This document shows positions 9,539 through 18,462 of a DNA stretch of 64,000 bases, in pieces; the stretch's first letter is position 1, and every line of letters starts with the position of its first letter. A program made the translations under genes and the position numbers. This DNA is from an uncultured Planctomycetota bacterium (lineage in GTDB: Bacteria > Planctomycetota > PLA2 > JAEUHO01), in contig CAVVXN010000005.1 of NCBI GenBank assembly GCA_963752285.1, forward strand, positions 1,248,001 through 1,312,000, written 5' to 3'. The notes under the pieces are model-generated. The model ran no database searches and was not told where the DNA came from. It saw only the letters and a program-made list of their open reading frames with translations.

Positions 9539-11187
9539 GGTGCGAGGACCTCGGCCCGCGCCTCGCGGGCGCGGGGGTGGATCACACGAACGCGCGCGAG
9601 CGGGCCGTCGGCGTGGCCCTCGAGCAGCCAGCGTGCGGAGGACGACACCGCGCCGGCCTCGATCCGGCCGACGCGGGCGGCGGGCCCGCCCGCGACCACG
9701 AGCACGCCCGACGCGGGCTCCAGGAGGACGCGGACCGGGTGGTGGACGCGACGCGCCTCCGCCTGCTCGGTGTCGGTCGGCGCCTCGCCGCGATTGGCGA
9801 CGCGGACCGTCACGGAGTAGAGGCCCGCCCCCACCGACTCGACCTCGACGAGGGGCTCGAGCCGGGGGACGAACCGCGCGAGCGCGGCGAGTGCCTCGAC
9901 GACGGGTGGGACCAGGTCGGCCAGCCGGTCCCGCGGGGGCTCGTAGCGCGTGAAGCGCCGCCAACCGCCGATCTCGACCGCGCCGAGGGTCGGGTGCCGG
10001 AACGCGTGCCACGGCACGAAGCCGCGACCGGAGAGGACGCGCTCGTCCCAGAGCGCCCAGTCCACGTCGTCGGCGACCTCGCGCGGCTCCGTGCGGCCCG
10101 GGTCCTTCTCGACCCACCAGAGCGGCAGGCGCGCCGCGGCCAGGCCGAGGTGGCAGACGGCCCAGTCGAGGTCGCTCCCCGGGCTCTTCTGCGGGAGGCC
10201 CGACGCGGGGGCGAGCGGCCGCCGGACCGCCTCGGCGAGTGCGCGGCCCACGCGCTCCTCGAAGCCCCGGTCCCCGCCCGGGAGCGGACCCGCCTCCGGA
10301 CCGTAGAGGACGCGCGGCCCCGCGCTCTCGAGCCCGACGAACAGGACGAGGCCGGCCTCGTTCCACGTGAGGTCCATCAGCGCGCGCGCCTCGGGGGCGG
10401 ATCCCGGGAACGGCCCGTCTCCGTCCCAGGGGCCCTGCCCCTCGAACCATCCCTCGATACCTCGCGTGAGGTCGAGTCCGGGGGGGTCCTCGTTCACGCG
10501 GCCGTCGCCGTCGTCGTCCCGGCCCTCGTCGAAGAGGTCGTACGAGCGGGCGCGCCGCGCGTCGGTGCCGGCGGGGACGACGTCCCTCCGCTCGGCGGCC
10601 AGGCCCGGAGGCGCCGCGGCGTCCGCGAACGCGCCCGCGACCGAGAGGCGGCGCATCTTCACGATCTCGCCGTCCTGGTCCAGGTCGCGCGGTCCGTCCT
10701 CGCCGCGACGCCCATCCCGGTCCCGGTCCACGTCGCCGCCGCCGGGGGGGTAGGCGCCGAGGAAGAAGCCGTCGAGCGCGTCCGGGTTCGGGGCGGGGAC
10801 GAGGAGGAACGCCACGTCGTGCTCGGCCGGCCGCTCGACGAGCCGCTCCGCGAGAGCGAGAACCGCGACCGGCCCCGCGGCGTCCCGCCGTCCCAGGCCG
10901 CCGTGGACGAAGACGGTGGACGGCCCGCGTCCCAACGCGAGGCACACGAGCGGACGTCCGCCGGCGCTCGTGCCGTAGCGTCTCACCTCGGCGGCGAGCC
11001 CGCGCGCCGCGGCCCGGCGCTGGAGGCGGTCGAGGCGCGCGGCGACCTCGGACGACGAGAGGTAGCGCGGCGGAGCGCGGTCCACGGCGCTTGCCGCGGG
11101 CTCGTCTCCGCGCGCGCCGAACGCGCCCGCGACTCCGAGGAGCACGACGAGTGAGGCGAGCGAGACGGACGTACGCCGGACGATCAC
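9535..11187 (-). CDS. Secreted M14 carboxypeptidase paralogue lacking zinc ligands
   Basis: Colinear with its neighbour (GTSAGGRPL, NPDAL, DxDxDG insert, GFVPWH..HPTLG.VEIGGW), but HxxE reads GRRD, NRN reads TRG and YH reads LE. Confidence 0.8.
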   Translation of the reverse strand: MIVRRTSVSLASLVVLLGVAGAFGARGDEPAASAVDRAPPRYLSSSEVAARLDRLQRRAAARGLAAEVRRYGTSAGGRPLVCLALGRGPSTVFVHGGLGRRDAAGPVAVLALAERLVERPAEHDVAFLLVPAPNPDALDGFFLGAYPPGGGDVDRDRDGRRGEDGPRDLDQDGEIVKMRRLSVAGAFADAAAPPGLAAERRDVVPAGTDARRARSYDLFDEGRDDDGDGRVNEDPPGLDLTRGIEGWFEGQGPWDGDGPFPGSAPEARALMDLTWNEAGLVLFVGLESAGPRVLYGPEAGPLPGGDRGFEERVGRALAEAVRRPLAPASGLPQKSPGSDLDWAVCHLGLAAARLPLWWVEKDPGRTEPREVADDVDWALWDERVLSGRGFVPWHAFRHPTLGAVEIGGWRRFTRYEPPRDRLADLVPPVVEALAALARFVPRLEPLVEVESVGAGLYSVTVRVANRGEAPTDTEQAEARRVHHPVRVLLEPASGVLVVAGGPAARVGRIEAGAVSSSARWLLEGHADGPLARVRVIHPRAREARAEVLAP

Positions 11188-11252
11188 GGCGCGAGCCTAC
11201 ACGCCCGCCCGGCACGCCCGCCGGGCCGGCGCGACCGTCCGCGCGCGGTGGC

Positions 11253-11333
11253 TCAGATGAGCAGGGCGAGAGCGAGGCCGAGGGCCACCAGGCCCATCGT
11301 GCCCCACTCCGAGAGCAGTCGTTCTCGCGTCAT
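11253..11333 (-). CDS. Putative 26-aa small membrane protein
   Basis: MTRERLLSEWGTMGLVALGLALALLI*, GGAAGG 7 nt upstream of ATG 11333; fills an intergenic gap. Confidence 0.4.
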   Translation of the reverse strand: MTRERLLSEWGTMGLVALGLALALLI

Positions 11334-11410
11334 CTCGGTGCCTTCCGGACGTCTCCCGGCCGCGGGCCGCGGGGGCGAGGAGGGCGCTGCCCTCACCGCC
11401 GCCCCCGAGC

Positions 11411-12208
11411 CTAGGCGAGGGGGGGGACAGTCCCCCGGGCCCCGGACGGCGCCCCCGCTTCCGGGACGGCGACCGACTCCCCCCGCCCCGCCGGCCCGAC
11501 CCCCCGCCCCCGCCCCCGGCCTCGGGCGCGGGGGGCCCCCACGAGCGCGTCCGCCCGGACCGCCAGGCGCTCGAGCCGGGCCTCCACGTCCCGCCGGATC
11601 CGCTCGAGGCCCGCGCGGTCCACGTCCCGGGGCACGAAGATCGGTCCGTCCGCGAGAGAGACGGCCCGGGACCAGGGGCGCGGGACGAGGAAGCGGGCCC
11701 ACGACCGCTCGAGCACGGCGACCGGGAGGTACGACGTGCGGACGAGCCAGAGCGGCCGGCCGCTCTCCCGGGCGAGGTGGAGCACCCCGGGCTTCAGGAC
11801 GCGGGCCGGGGGCCGGGGGCCGTCCGAAACGACCGCGACCGAGGCCTGCTCGGAGGCGAGGAGGCGGTGCAGCGAGAGGAGGGCCGCCGCGCCCCGCCGG
11901 GCGGACGACCCCCGGATCGCGCGGCGGAAGCCGACGCCCTCGGCCGCCGCCGCCGCGAGGCCGCCGTCCCGGCTGGCGCTCGCGAGGACGTACGTCCGGC
12001 GCCGGACGTTCCAGCGCGACAGGTAGCCCATCGTGTAGAGGAAGTCCTGGTGCCAGCACGCGAAGATCGCCGGCTCGCGCGTCCGGAGCAGGGCGAGGAG
12101 CCGGGGGTCGTGCCGGAAGAGGAACCCCGAGAACATGAACGCCCGGTAGATCCGGAGGAGCAAGCCGGCGAGCGTCCGCGCCGTCGGGGTGTCGAGCATG
12201 CGCTTCAC
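11411..12208 (-). CDS. DUF374 / lysophospholipid acyltransferase-family protein
   Basis: IFACWHQ, LASASRDG, IRGSS, DGPRPP, PGVLHLA, SWARFLVPRPWS motifs. Confidence 0.85.
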   Translation of the reverse strand: MKRMLDTPTARTLAGLLLRIYRAFMFSGFLFRHDPRLLALLRTREPAIFACWHQDFLYTMGYLSRWNVRRRTYVLASASRDGGLAAAAAEGVGFRRAIRGSSARRGAAALLSLHRLLASEQASVAVVSDGPRPPARVLKPGVLHLARESGRPLWLVRTSYLPVAVLERSWARFLVPRPWSRAVSLADGPIFVPRDVDRAGLERIRRDVEARLERLAVRADALVGAPRARGRGRGRGVGPAGRGESVAVPEAGAPSGARGTVPPLA

Positions 12209-12293
12209 CGGCGCCGCCTCCTCCCCGCCGAACGCGAGGTCGCCCCGCGCCGCCCCCCGGGCCGGCCCGCCGGCCGGGACCGTCCCCCGGGCG

Positions 12294-12857
12294 TCAACGG
12301 TTCACGCGCTCCTGGAACTCGCCCGTCACGGTGCTCACGCGGATCGTGTCTCCCGTGTTGATGTGCGCGGGCACCTTGACCACGAAACCCGTCTCGAGCG
12401 TCGCGGGCTTCAGCACGTTGCTCACCGTGTTCCCCTTCGCCGCGGGCTCCGTGTCGGTGATCACGAGGTCCACGTTCGCGGGCAGCTCCAGGCCGATCGG
12501 AATCCCCTCGTGGAAGGTGACCTCGACCTCCGCGTTGGGCTTCACGAAGCTCATGGCGTCGCCGAGCACGTCCCTCGGCAGCGAGAACTGCTCGAACGTC
12601 TGCTGGTCCATGAAGACCGGGCCGGTGCTGGGGTCGTCGTAGAGGTACTCCACCTTCTTCTTGTCGAGCCAGGCCCGCTCGACGTTCGCGGTGGACTGGA
12701 ACCGATCCGACATGTGGACCCCGGACTTCACGTTCCGGAGCTTCACCTGGACGAAGGCGCGCCAGTTCCCGGGCGTGCGGTGATCGACCTCGACGGCTTG
12801 CCACAGCTCGCCCTTGATGATCAGGATGCTCCCCTTGCGGATGTCGTTGGCCTGCAT
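12294..12857 (-). CDS. efp: Elongation factor P
   Basis: MQANDIRKG, HRTPGNWRAFVQVKLRN, EYLY, FMDQQTFEQ, GNTVSNVLKPATLETG, VPAHINTGDTIRV; GGAG RBS. Confidence 0.95.
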   Translation of the reverse strand: MQANDIRKGSILIIKGELWQAVEVDHRTPGNWRAFVQVKLRNVKSGVHMSDRFQSTANVERAWLDKKKVEYLYDDPSTGPVFMDQQTFEQFSLPRDVLGDAMSFVKPNAEVEVTFHEGIPIGLELPANVDLVITDTEPAAKGNTVSNVLKPATLETGFVVKVPAHINTGDTIRVSTVTGEFQERVNR

Positions 12858-12998
12858 GTGCGGCTCCGGCGGCGATCGGGTCCGAACCGACAAGCGTACC
12901 GCGGGCCCGTCCGGGTGGCCCGGTTCCCCGAGCGCCGCGGGCGGGATCCGCGGCGGCGGCCAGGTGGGTGCCGACGGACCCGGCTCGAGCCGGCGGCG

Positions 12999-15900
12999 TC
13001 AGCGGCGCGGGGCCCGGGAGAGGTCGCTCGACCGGCTCGTGTACTCCACGGTGATCTCGCGGAGCCGCGGTGTCCGCTTCCAGGCGTTCTCGAAGATCAG
13101 GTCGCTCGGGTCCTCGCGCCCGGTCAGGAGGTCCTGCGGCCGGAAGGCCCCCGGTCGGTAGATGAAGTACACGCGAAGCTCCAGCGTGTCCGACTCCCGG
13201 GCCAACGGGTTCGCGGACTCCGGGTCGTCGAACACGTAGAGCGCGTTCGGGACCCCGGTCGAGCCGAGGCCCCCGACCGGCGCGGTGCGGACGCCCGAGC
13301 CCCGCAGGTCGATCAGCTGGTCGGAGTCCCAGGGGACCTGTGGGCTCAGGCGCGCCATCACGAGGAGGTCGAGCAGGCTGGCGGTGTCGCCGCCGCCACC
13401 GCGATGGCGCGAGGCCGGATCGTCGCCGGTCGCGGTGCTGGCCAGGTCCTCCTTCCACGTGACCCGGTGCCAGAAACACGATCGCACGCGCTCGCCGATC
13501 TCCAGGCGCGACCCCTCCGGATGATCGTGCACCCCCGAGAACGACTCCGCGTCCTGGGTCCGGCGACCCAGATACCGGTCCCAGTACCGGAACGGCTGGA
13601 AGAAGACGGGGTCGCCGTCGTCGTGGTCGATCACGTCGGTTCCGAACCGACCGCGCAGGAGGCCGCGGCCCCGGACCGCCTCGTCCTTGTCGAGCGCCTG
13701 CGGCAGGATCAGCGACTCGTCGCTGCGTCGCGTGTAGTGGATCAGCTCCTCGCTGCCACCGGACACGATCCGTACGAGCCCTTCGCGAGGCCACGACTCG
13801 TCGAGCTTCGCCGTGCCGATCGAGTTCGAGTCCCTCGTCACGTTCCCCTGCAGGTACGTCACGGGGACGTCGGTCACGAAGACCCCGTACCCGCCGTACG
13901 CGTGGGGACGAGGGAACGTGCCCATGACGCCGCGCTCGCAGTTCTCCAGCACCACGGTGTCGGGGTCTTCCTGTCGGACGCTCCGGTAGAGGATCTGCTC
14001 GCCGTCCAGGCTCACGAGGCCGCCCTCGGCGTGGTAGCCGGGGACCCCGTCGAGGCTCGCAGGCCTCGGGTAGACCCGGAGCTCGATGTCGCGCTCCGTC
14101 TCGTTCACGCCGTCCTTCTTCGCGACGAAGAGCCGCGGGGTCGCAAGGAGGCCGTGCCGGAACACGTGGAGCTCGTCGAGGAAGGCCGTCGCTACGCTGC
14201 TGTTCGCCACGGTGCTCTCGGCGAACTCCATCTGGGGCGCGAACTCGTCGGGCAGCTCGCCGCAGGGAAACCGGAGCAGGCGCGGGTGCCCGCGCGTCTC
14301 GAGCGCGAGCTGGTTCAGATCGAGGTCGGGTTGCGCCGCGACGCGGAACGGCGGGAAGTCGTCGAGGGCGACCCACCGCGACAGCGGGTCCGCCCAGCGG
14401 ATGCGGCCGCGGTACAGGCGCGGCTCCTTCGCGGCCCCGTCGGTGAGCGTCACGTAGTCGTTGCGGCCGGGCGGATGGCCGCCCCGGTCGATCTGCGTCC
14501 GTCCGGGGAGCTGGTCCTCCGTGGGCTGCCCCACGTAGGCGGGCCCCTCGTCCACGCGGAAGCACGGCAGGATGCGGGCCTCCGGCTGCCCGACCGAGGG
14601 GCTCTCGTGGCGCCGGTCGTCGGTGCCGCGAACGCCGCGGAACAGCTGGTGGACCGCGCCGTGGACCGCGCCCCACGCGGGCCACGGGTAGTCGGAGTCG
14701 CTCGCGGCGCGCGCGCCGCTCTCGGCGGGCTCGTACGTCCCCGGGTGGTTGACGGGCAGGAGCGGCTCGAGCGGGTAGCCGCCGCCGTCTGGCGTCTCCG
14801 AGTCCCCGCCGCCGGAGCCGTCCGGCGCCGGGTCGTCGTCGGGAACGTCCGACTTCTCGCCCGGCGGGGGCACGTCCGAGTCGCCGCCCTTCGTGGTGGC
14901 GCTCTCCGAACCCGACTGGGCGTCCTGCTGCACGACGACCTGGACGACGCCGCTCGTCGTGCCCGTGAAGGCGCGCGGGAAGAAGATGCTGCCGATGGCG
15001 TACACGAGGTAGTCGGGGGCCACGAAGTAGATCTGGCCGACGGTGCTCGACTTGCGGTCCACCTCTCCGTAGCGGACCACCTCGACCGGGTCCGTGTCCG
15101 TCGGCAGACCGACCGCCACCAGCGCCTCGTCGCCGCCCTCGTCGGTCCCGAGCTCGAACTGTCCGTTCTCGTTCCAGTCCCGTCCGTAGCGGCCGAGGAT
15201 GCCCAGCGCCGTGGCATCGGTGGGATCGAGATAGTCGTCCCCGCCCCCGCCGCCCTGGGCGGGCACGGAGATGGGAACGATGTACGCGTTCAGGTACAGC
15301 TCCGCCGCGGAGGGCGGTCCCCCGCCGTTTCCCTGCGTCGTGGCGCGCGCCCACGTGGTCAAGAAGTAGTTCTGCGTGGGCGCCCACGAGCCGCGCTCGA
15401 GGCTTCGGCGGGCGATGTGGATCGTGTCCGAGCTGCTCGCGTCGCGCGTGTAGTACACGAACTCCCAGCCGCCGATCGTGAAGCCGTCCGCGGACGTGAT
15501 GTTCGGCCCCAGGATCGCCTCGCTGCCCATCAGGGCGATGCCGCTGGTCCCGAACGCGTCGCCCGCCTGCGTCGCGTCCTCGCCCCAGAGGGGCAGGACC
15601 TTGGCGTCGAAGGTGGTCTGGTTCGGGCTGACTCCCTCGAACTGGTAGCTCGTCTTCCCGGCGACGTAGGTGGTCGTGTCGTCCTGGTTCGAGACGCGGA
15701 GGGCGCTCCACCGCCCCAGCGTCACGGGCAGGCTCGCGCCGCCCTGCATGACGTCCGTCAGGAGCGCGGCGGAGTAGCCGAGCTGCCGCACCGCCGTCCC
15801 GGTCGGCCAGGCCCGCCCCGTCCCGCGCGCCTTCCCGACGTCGTTCGTGCCGCGCGCCCCGCGGTAGCAGTCGCGGAAGGCGTCGGAGGTGAGCGTGTTG

Positions 15901-18461
15901 TACTCGACGACCTCGTCGCCGATGACGATCGCGCCGTACGGCGCGAACCCGTCCGTGCTCTCGACCTGGATCTCGTCCTGGTCCTCCGTGACGCTGGCCG
16001 TCAGGTACGAGAAGGTCCGCCGCTGACCGACGGACACCCCGTCCACCCACATCTCCATCTGGGACGGGTCCTCGCCCCGCGCCTCGACCTGGATGTGGTA
16101 CCAGTTGCCCGCCCGGTAGCCGAGACGCTCCAGCGGGACGAAGACCTCCGCGCCCCGGCCCTCCTGGGTGTCGGCGCATACGCGGAAGACGAGCTCCCGG
16201 CCCTTCTCGCCGTCCGTCACGAAGATCGCGTACCGGTCGCGGAACTTGTCCACCGCGCAGTCGAACGCCGTCCAGTCGGCGTCCGACCAGCACTGCCACC
16301 AGAAGGAAAGGCTGAACGGCTGGACGAAGCGATCCTCCTTGCCCGCGAAGATGCCGTTCGTGCCCTTCACGTACGCGCCGTAGTAGTCGGTGCGCCAGCC
16401 CTCGGTGAACAGGCTCGAGTCGAAGTTGTTGTCGTACGCTCGGATCGTGTTCCCCGGCATGCGGATCCGCGCGGGCTCGAGCCGCACGTCCCCGTACTCC
16501 TTTCCCTCGTCGCTCCGCTTGGACGACGGATACGCGCCGTACAGGATCGCCTGGTAGTCGCGCAGCGCGGGCTGGACGTTCGCCGTGGCCTCGTTGCGGA
16601 AGTTCACCCCCCGGGGGTACGACGCGACCCACTTCGCGCCGGATCCCTGCGTGAGCCGGCGCTCGAAGTCGTCCTGCGAATCGAGCGTCCAGGCGCTCTT
16701 GCCGTCCGAGCCGATCTCGACGACCTCGCGGATGGTCGCGCTCGCCTCGTGCTCGCCGCCCCGGTTGTTGACCGTCACGCGCGCCTCGAGGTGGTAGACG
16801 TCGAGGGTCTTGAAGCAGAACGGCGCGGTGCCGAAGGCGAGCCGGCTGCTGTGCGGGTTCACCGCGTTCGTGTAGATGGCCGCCCGGTGCGCCCGCTTGA
16901 TCACCTCCTGGTCCTCGAGCCGCGAGAGCCAGGTCCCCAAGTCCTCCACGCCCCGGAAGGGGCCGCGGGTGCGTTCGTGCGTCGTCTCGTCGAGGACGAC
17001 CTGGCCCTTGCGCTCCTCGACGATCCGTCCCGCGAGGTCCCACGCCAGCGGCGGCGTCACGATGTTGTCGGGCGTGTCGGCGTTCAAGTAGTGCAGGTTC
17101 GCCATGCACGCGTACAGGACCTCGCGCGACGCCGTGTTGATGTCGATCGGGTACGGCGCCCACGCCGAGATGACGGTCTCGCCGCCCGCGAGCTTCACGG
17201 GCGCCGCGCCGCCCGAGAGGGACGAGCCCCCCTCCTCGGTCCCGCGCGCCGACTCGACGCTGTTCGCGAGCATCAACGAGCGGTCGAGCTGGGCGCCCTC
17301 CGCGTCTCCCACCCGCTCGACGACCGAGTAGAGCGTGGTGAGCCCGTCCGAGAGCCGGACGATCGTGCCCGGGTTCAGGTAGGAGGTCGTGCCCGTCGGG
17401 TTCTGCTGGTCCTTCAGGTCCACCTGGTCGGGCTCGGTCGCCTGCGCGCCCGACGGGAGCTCGTTCGCCACGACCTGCGGCGCGAGCCAGCCCTCGCCCG
17501 TCTCCCGCCGGCTCCAGACGGTCAGGAAGCGCGAGACCTGGTCGAGCCGCGCGCGGTCCAGGGCGCCGCCCGCGCCCCAGCCGGCGATGGACCGCAGGTC
17601 CTCGAGGTTCTGGAACCACGTCAGATCCCCGGGCCGAGCGGCGATCAGGTGCGTCGCGAGCTTCCACGCCGAGTAGTCGATCACCGGCGTGTTCTGCTTG
17701 TGCGAGTCCGCCGACCCGTTGTCGCCGATGGGCGTCTGCTGCAGCGCCCCCCGTTCGCATCCCTTGAAGCTCGAGCCGTCGAACGAGGTGTAGCGGATGA
17801 CCTCGCCGTCGATGCGGATCCAGCCGCCGTCGCGCGGGAACCCCACGAGCGAGGGCGCGACGTCGCTGACCACGTCCGTCACGGTGATGTCGGACGCCGA
17901 GCCGTCGATGTCCTCGGCGAGGAGCGCGCCGCCGAGCAGGTTGCCGAGGAGGTACGGCGACGCGCCGGTCACGTTCACGCGGGCGTTCGCGTCCTCGACC
18001 AGGCCCGTCCAGATGCTGCCGGTGTCGTCGTTCGTGGGCCCGAGCCCGCGCGCGTCGAGCGCCTGCACGTGCGAGAGCTCCTGCGTGTCGTACGAGAGCC
18101 CGCGTCGCCACAGCTCGTCGAAGCGGTGCCGGAAGTCCGGCCCGAGGGTGATCTCGTCCAGGGCGTCCACGGACGGGTCCGACTCCACGCCCCGTTCGCC
18201 GGCGTCCCACCGGATCTGCTCCTGGGAGGGATGCGTGGTCCCGAGCGCCTGCTTCATGGCCTCGAGGAGCACGTTCGCCTCGAAGTACGCGCGGTCCCGG
18301 GCGCCCTCGCTCGTCGTGCGCTTGTGCCCCTGGAGCATCGAGAGCGCGAAGGGGACCGCGACGAGGACCAGCGTCACGAGCACCGTGATCACCATGAGCA
18401 TCGCGATGCCGCGCTCGTGCGCGCGAGAAGGGGTGCGGTGGCCGGCTCGCCGATCGATCAT
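12999..18461 (-). CDS. Giant (~1820 aa) GspK/PilX-like minor pseudopilin with a LamG-like domain and repeated beta modules
   Basis: Class III signal AHERG|IAMLMVITVLVTLVLVAVPF without Glu5; GspK-like motifs VEDANARVNV, FQNLEDLRSIAG, FLTVWS, IDINTASREVL, GPFRGVEDL; LamG-like SLSFWW...NWYHIQV...MWVDG. Start ATG 18461 after GGAGGAG. Confidence 0.75.
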   Translation of the reverse strand: MIDRRAGHRTPSRAHERGIAMLMVITVLVTLVLVAVPFALSMLQGHKRTTSEGARDRAYFEANVLLEAMKQALGTTHPSQEQIRWDAGERGVESDPSVDALDEITLGPDFRHRFDELWRRGLSYDTQELSHVQALDARGLGPTNDDTGSIWTGLVEDANARVNVTGASPYLLGNLLGGALLAEDIDGSASDITVTDVVSDVAPSLVGFPRDGGWIRIDGEVIRYTSFDGSSFKGCERGALQQTPIGDNGSADSHKQNTPVIDYSAWKLATHLIAARPGDLTWFQNLEDLRSIAGWGAGGALDRARLDQVSRFLTVWSRRETGEGWLAPQVVANELPSGAQATEPDQVDLKDQQNPTGTTSYLNPGTIVRLSDGLTTLYSVVERVGDAEGAQLDRSLMLANSVESARGTEEGGSSLSGGAAPVKLAGGETVISAWAPYPIDINTASREVLYACMANLHYLNADTPDNIVTPPLAWDLAGRIVEERKGQVVLDETTHERTRGPFRGVEDLGTWLSRLEDQEVIKRAHRAAIYTNAVNPHSSRLAFGTAPFCFKTLDVYHLEARVTVNNRGGEHEASATIREVVEIGSDGKSAWTLDSQDDFERRLTQGSGAKWVASYPRGVNFRNEATANVQPALRDYQAILYGAYPSSKRSDEGKEYGDVRLEPARIRMPGNTIRAYDNNFDSSLFTEGWRTDYYGAYVKGTNGIFAGKEDRFVQPFSLSFWWQCWSDADWTAFDCAVDKFRDRYAIFVTDGEKGRELVFRVCADTQEGRGAEVFVPLERLGYRAGNWYHIQVEARGEDPSQMEMWVDGVSVGQRRTFSYLTASVTEDQDEIQVESTDGFAPYGAIVIGDEVVEYNTLTSDAFRDCYRGARGTNDVGKARGTGRAWPTGTAVRQLGYSAALLTDVMQGGASLPVTLGRWSALRVSNQDDTTTYVAGKTSYQFEGVSPNQTTFDAKVLPLWGEDATQAGDAFGTSGIALMGSEAILGPNITSADGFTIGGWEFVYYTRDASSSDTIHIARRSLERGSWAPTQNYFLTTWARATTQGNGGGPPSAAELYLNAYIVPISVPAQGGGGGDDYLDPTDATALGILGRYGRDWNENGQFELGTDEGGDEALVAVGLPTDTDPVEVVRYGEVDRKSSTVGQIYFVAPDYLVYAIGSIFFPRAFTGTTSGVVQVVVQQDAQSGSESATTKGGDSDVPPPGEKSDVPDDDPAPDGSGGGDSETPDGGGYPLEPLLPVNHPGTYEPAESGARAASDSDYPWPAWGAVHGAVHQLFRGVRGTDDRRHESPSVGQPEARILPCFRVDEGPAYVGQPTEDQLPGRTQIDRGGHPPGRNDYVTLTDGAAKEPRLYRGRIRWADPLSRWVALDDFPPFRVAAQPDLDLNQLALETRGHPRLLRFPCGELPDEFAPQMEFAESTVANSSVATAFLDELHVFRHGLLATPRLFVAKKDGVNETERDIELRVYPRPASLDGVPGYHAEGGLVSLDGEQILYRSVRQEDPDTVVLENCERGVMGTFPRPHAYGGYGVFVTDVPVTYLQGNVTRDSNSIGTAKLDESWPREGLVRIVSGGSEELIHYTRRSDESLILPQALDKDEAVRGRGLLRGRFGTDVIDHDDGDPVFFQPFRYWDRYLGRRTQDAESFSGVHDHPEGSRLEIGERVRSCFWHRVTWKEDLASTATGDDPASRHRGGGGDTASLLDLLVMARLSPQVPWDSDQLIDLRGSGVRTAPVGGLGSTGVPNALYVFDDPESANPLARESDTLELRVYFIYRPGAFRPQDLLTGREDPSDLIFENAWKRTPRLREITVEYTSRSSDLSRAPRR

Positions 18462-18462
18462 C

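Noticed and set aside
12999..18461. Prophage or tail gene, suggested by the phage-like repeats
   Set aside because: The protein has a pilin-type N-terminus and GspK motifs, and no phage genes flank it.
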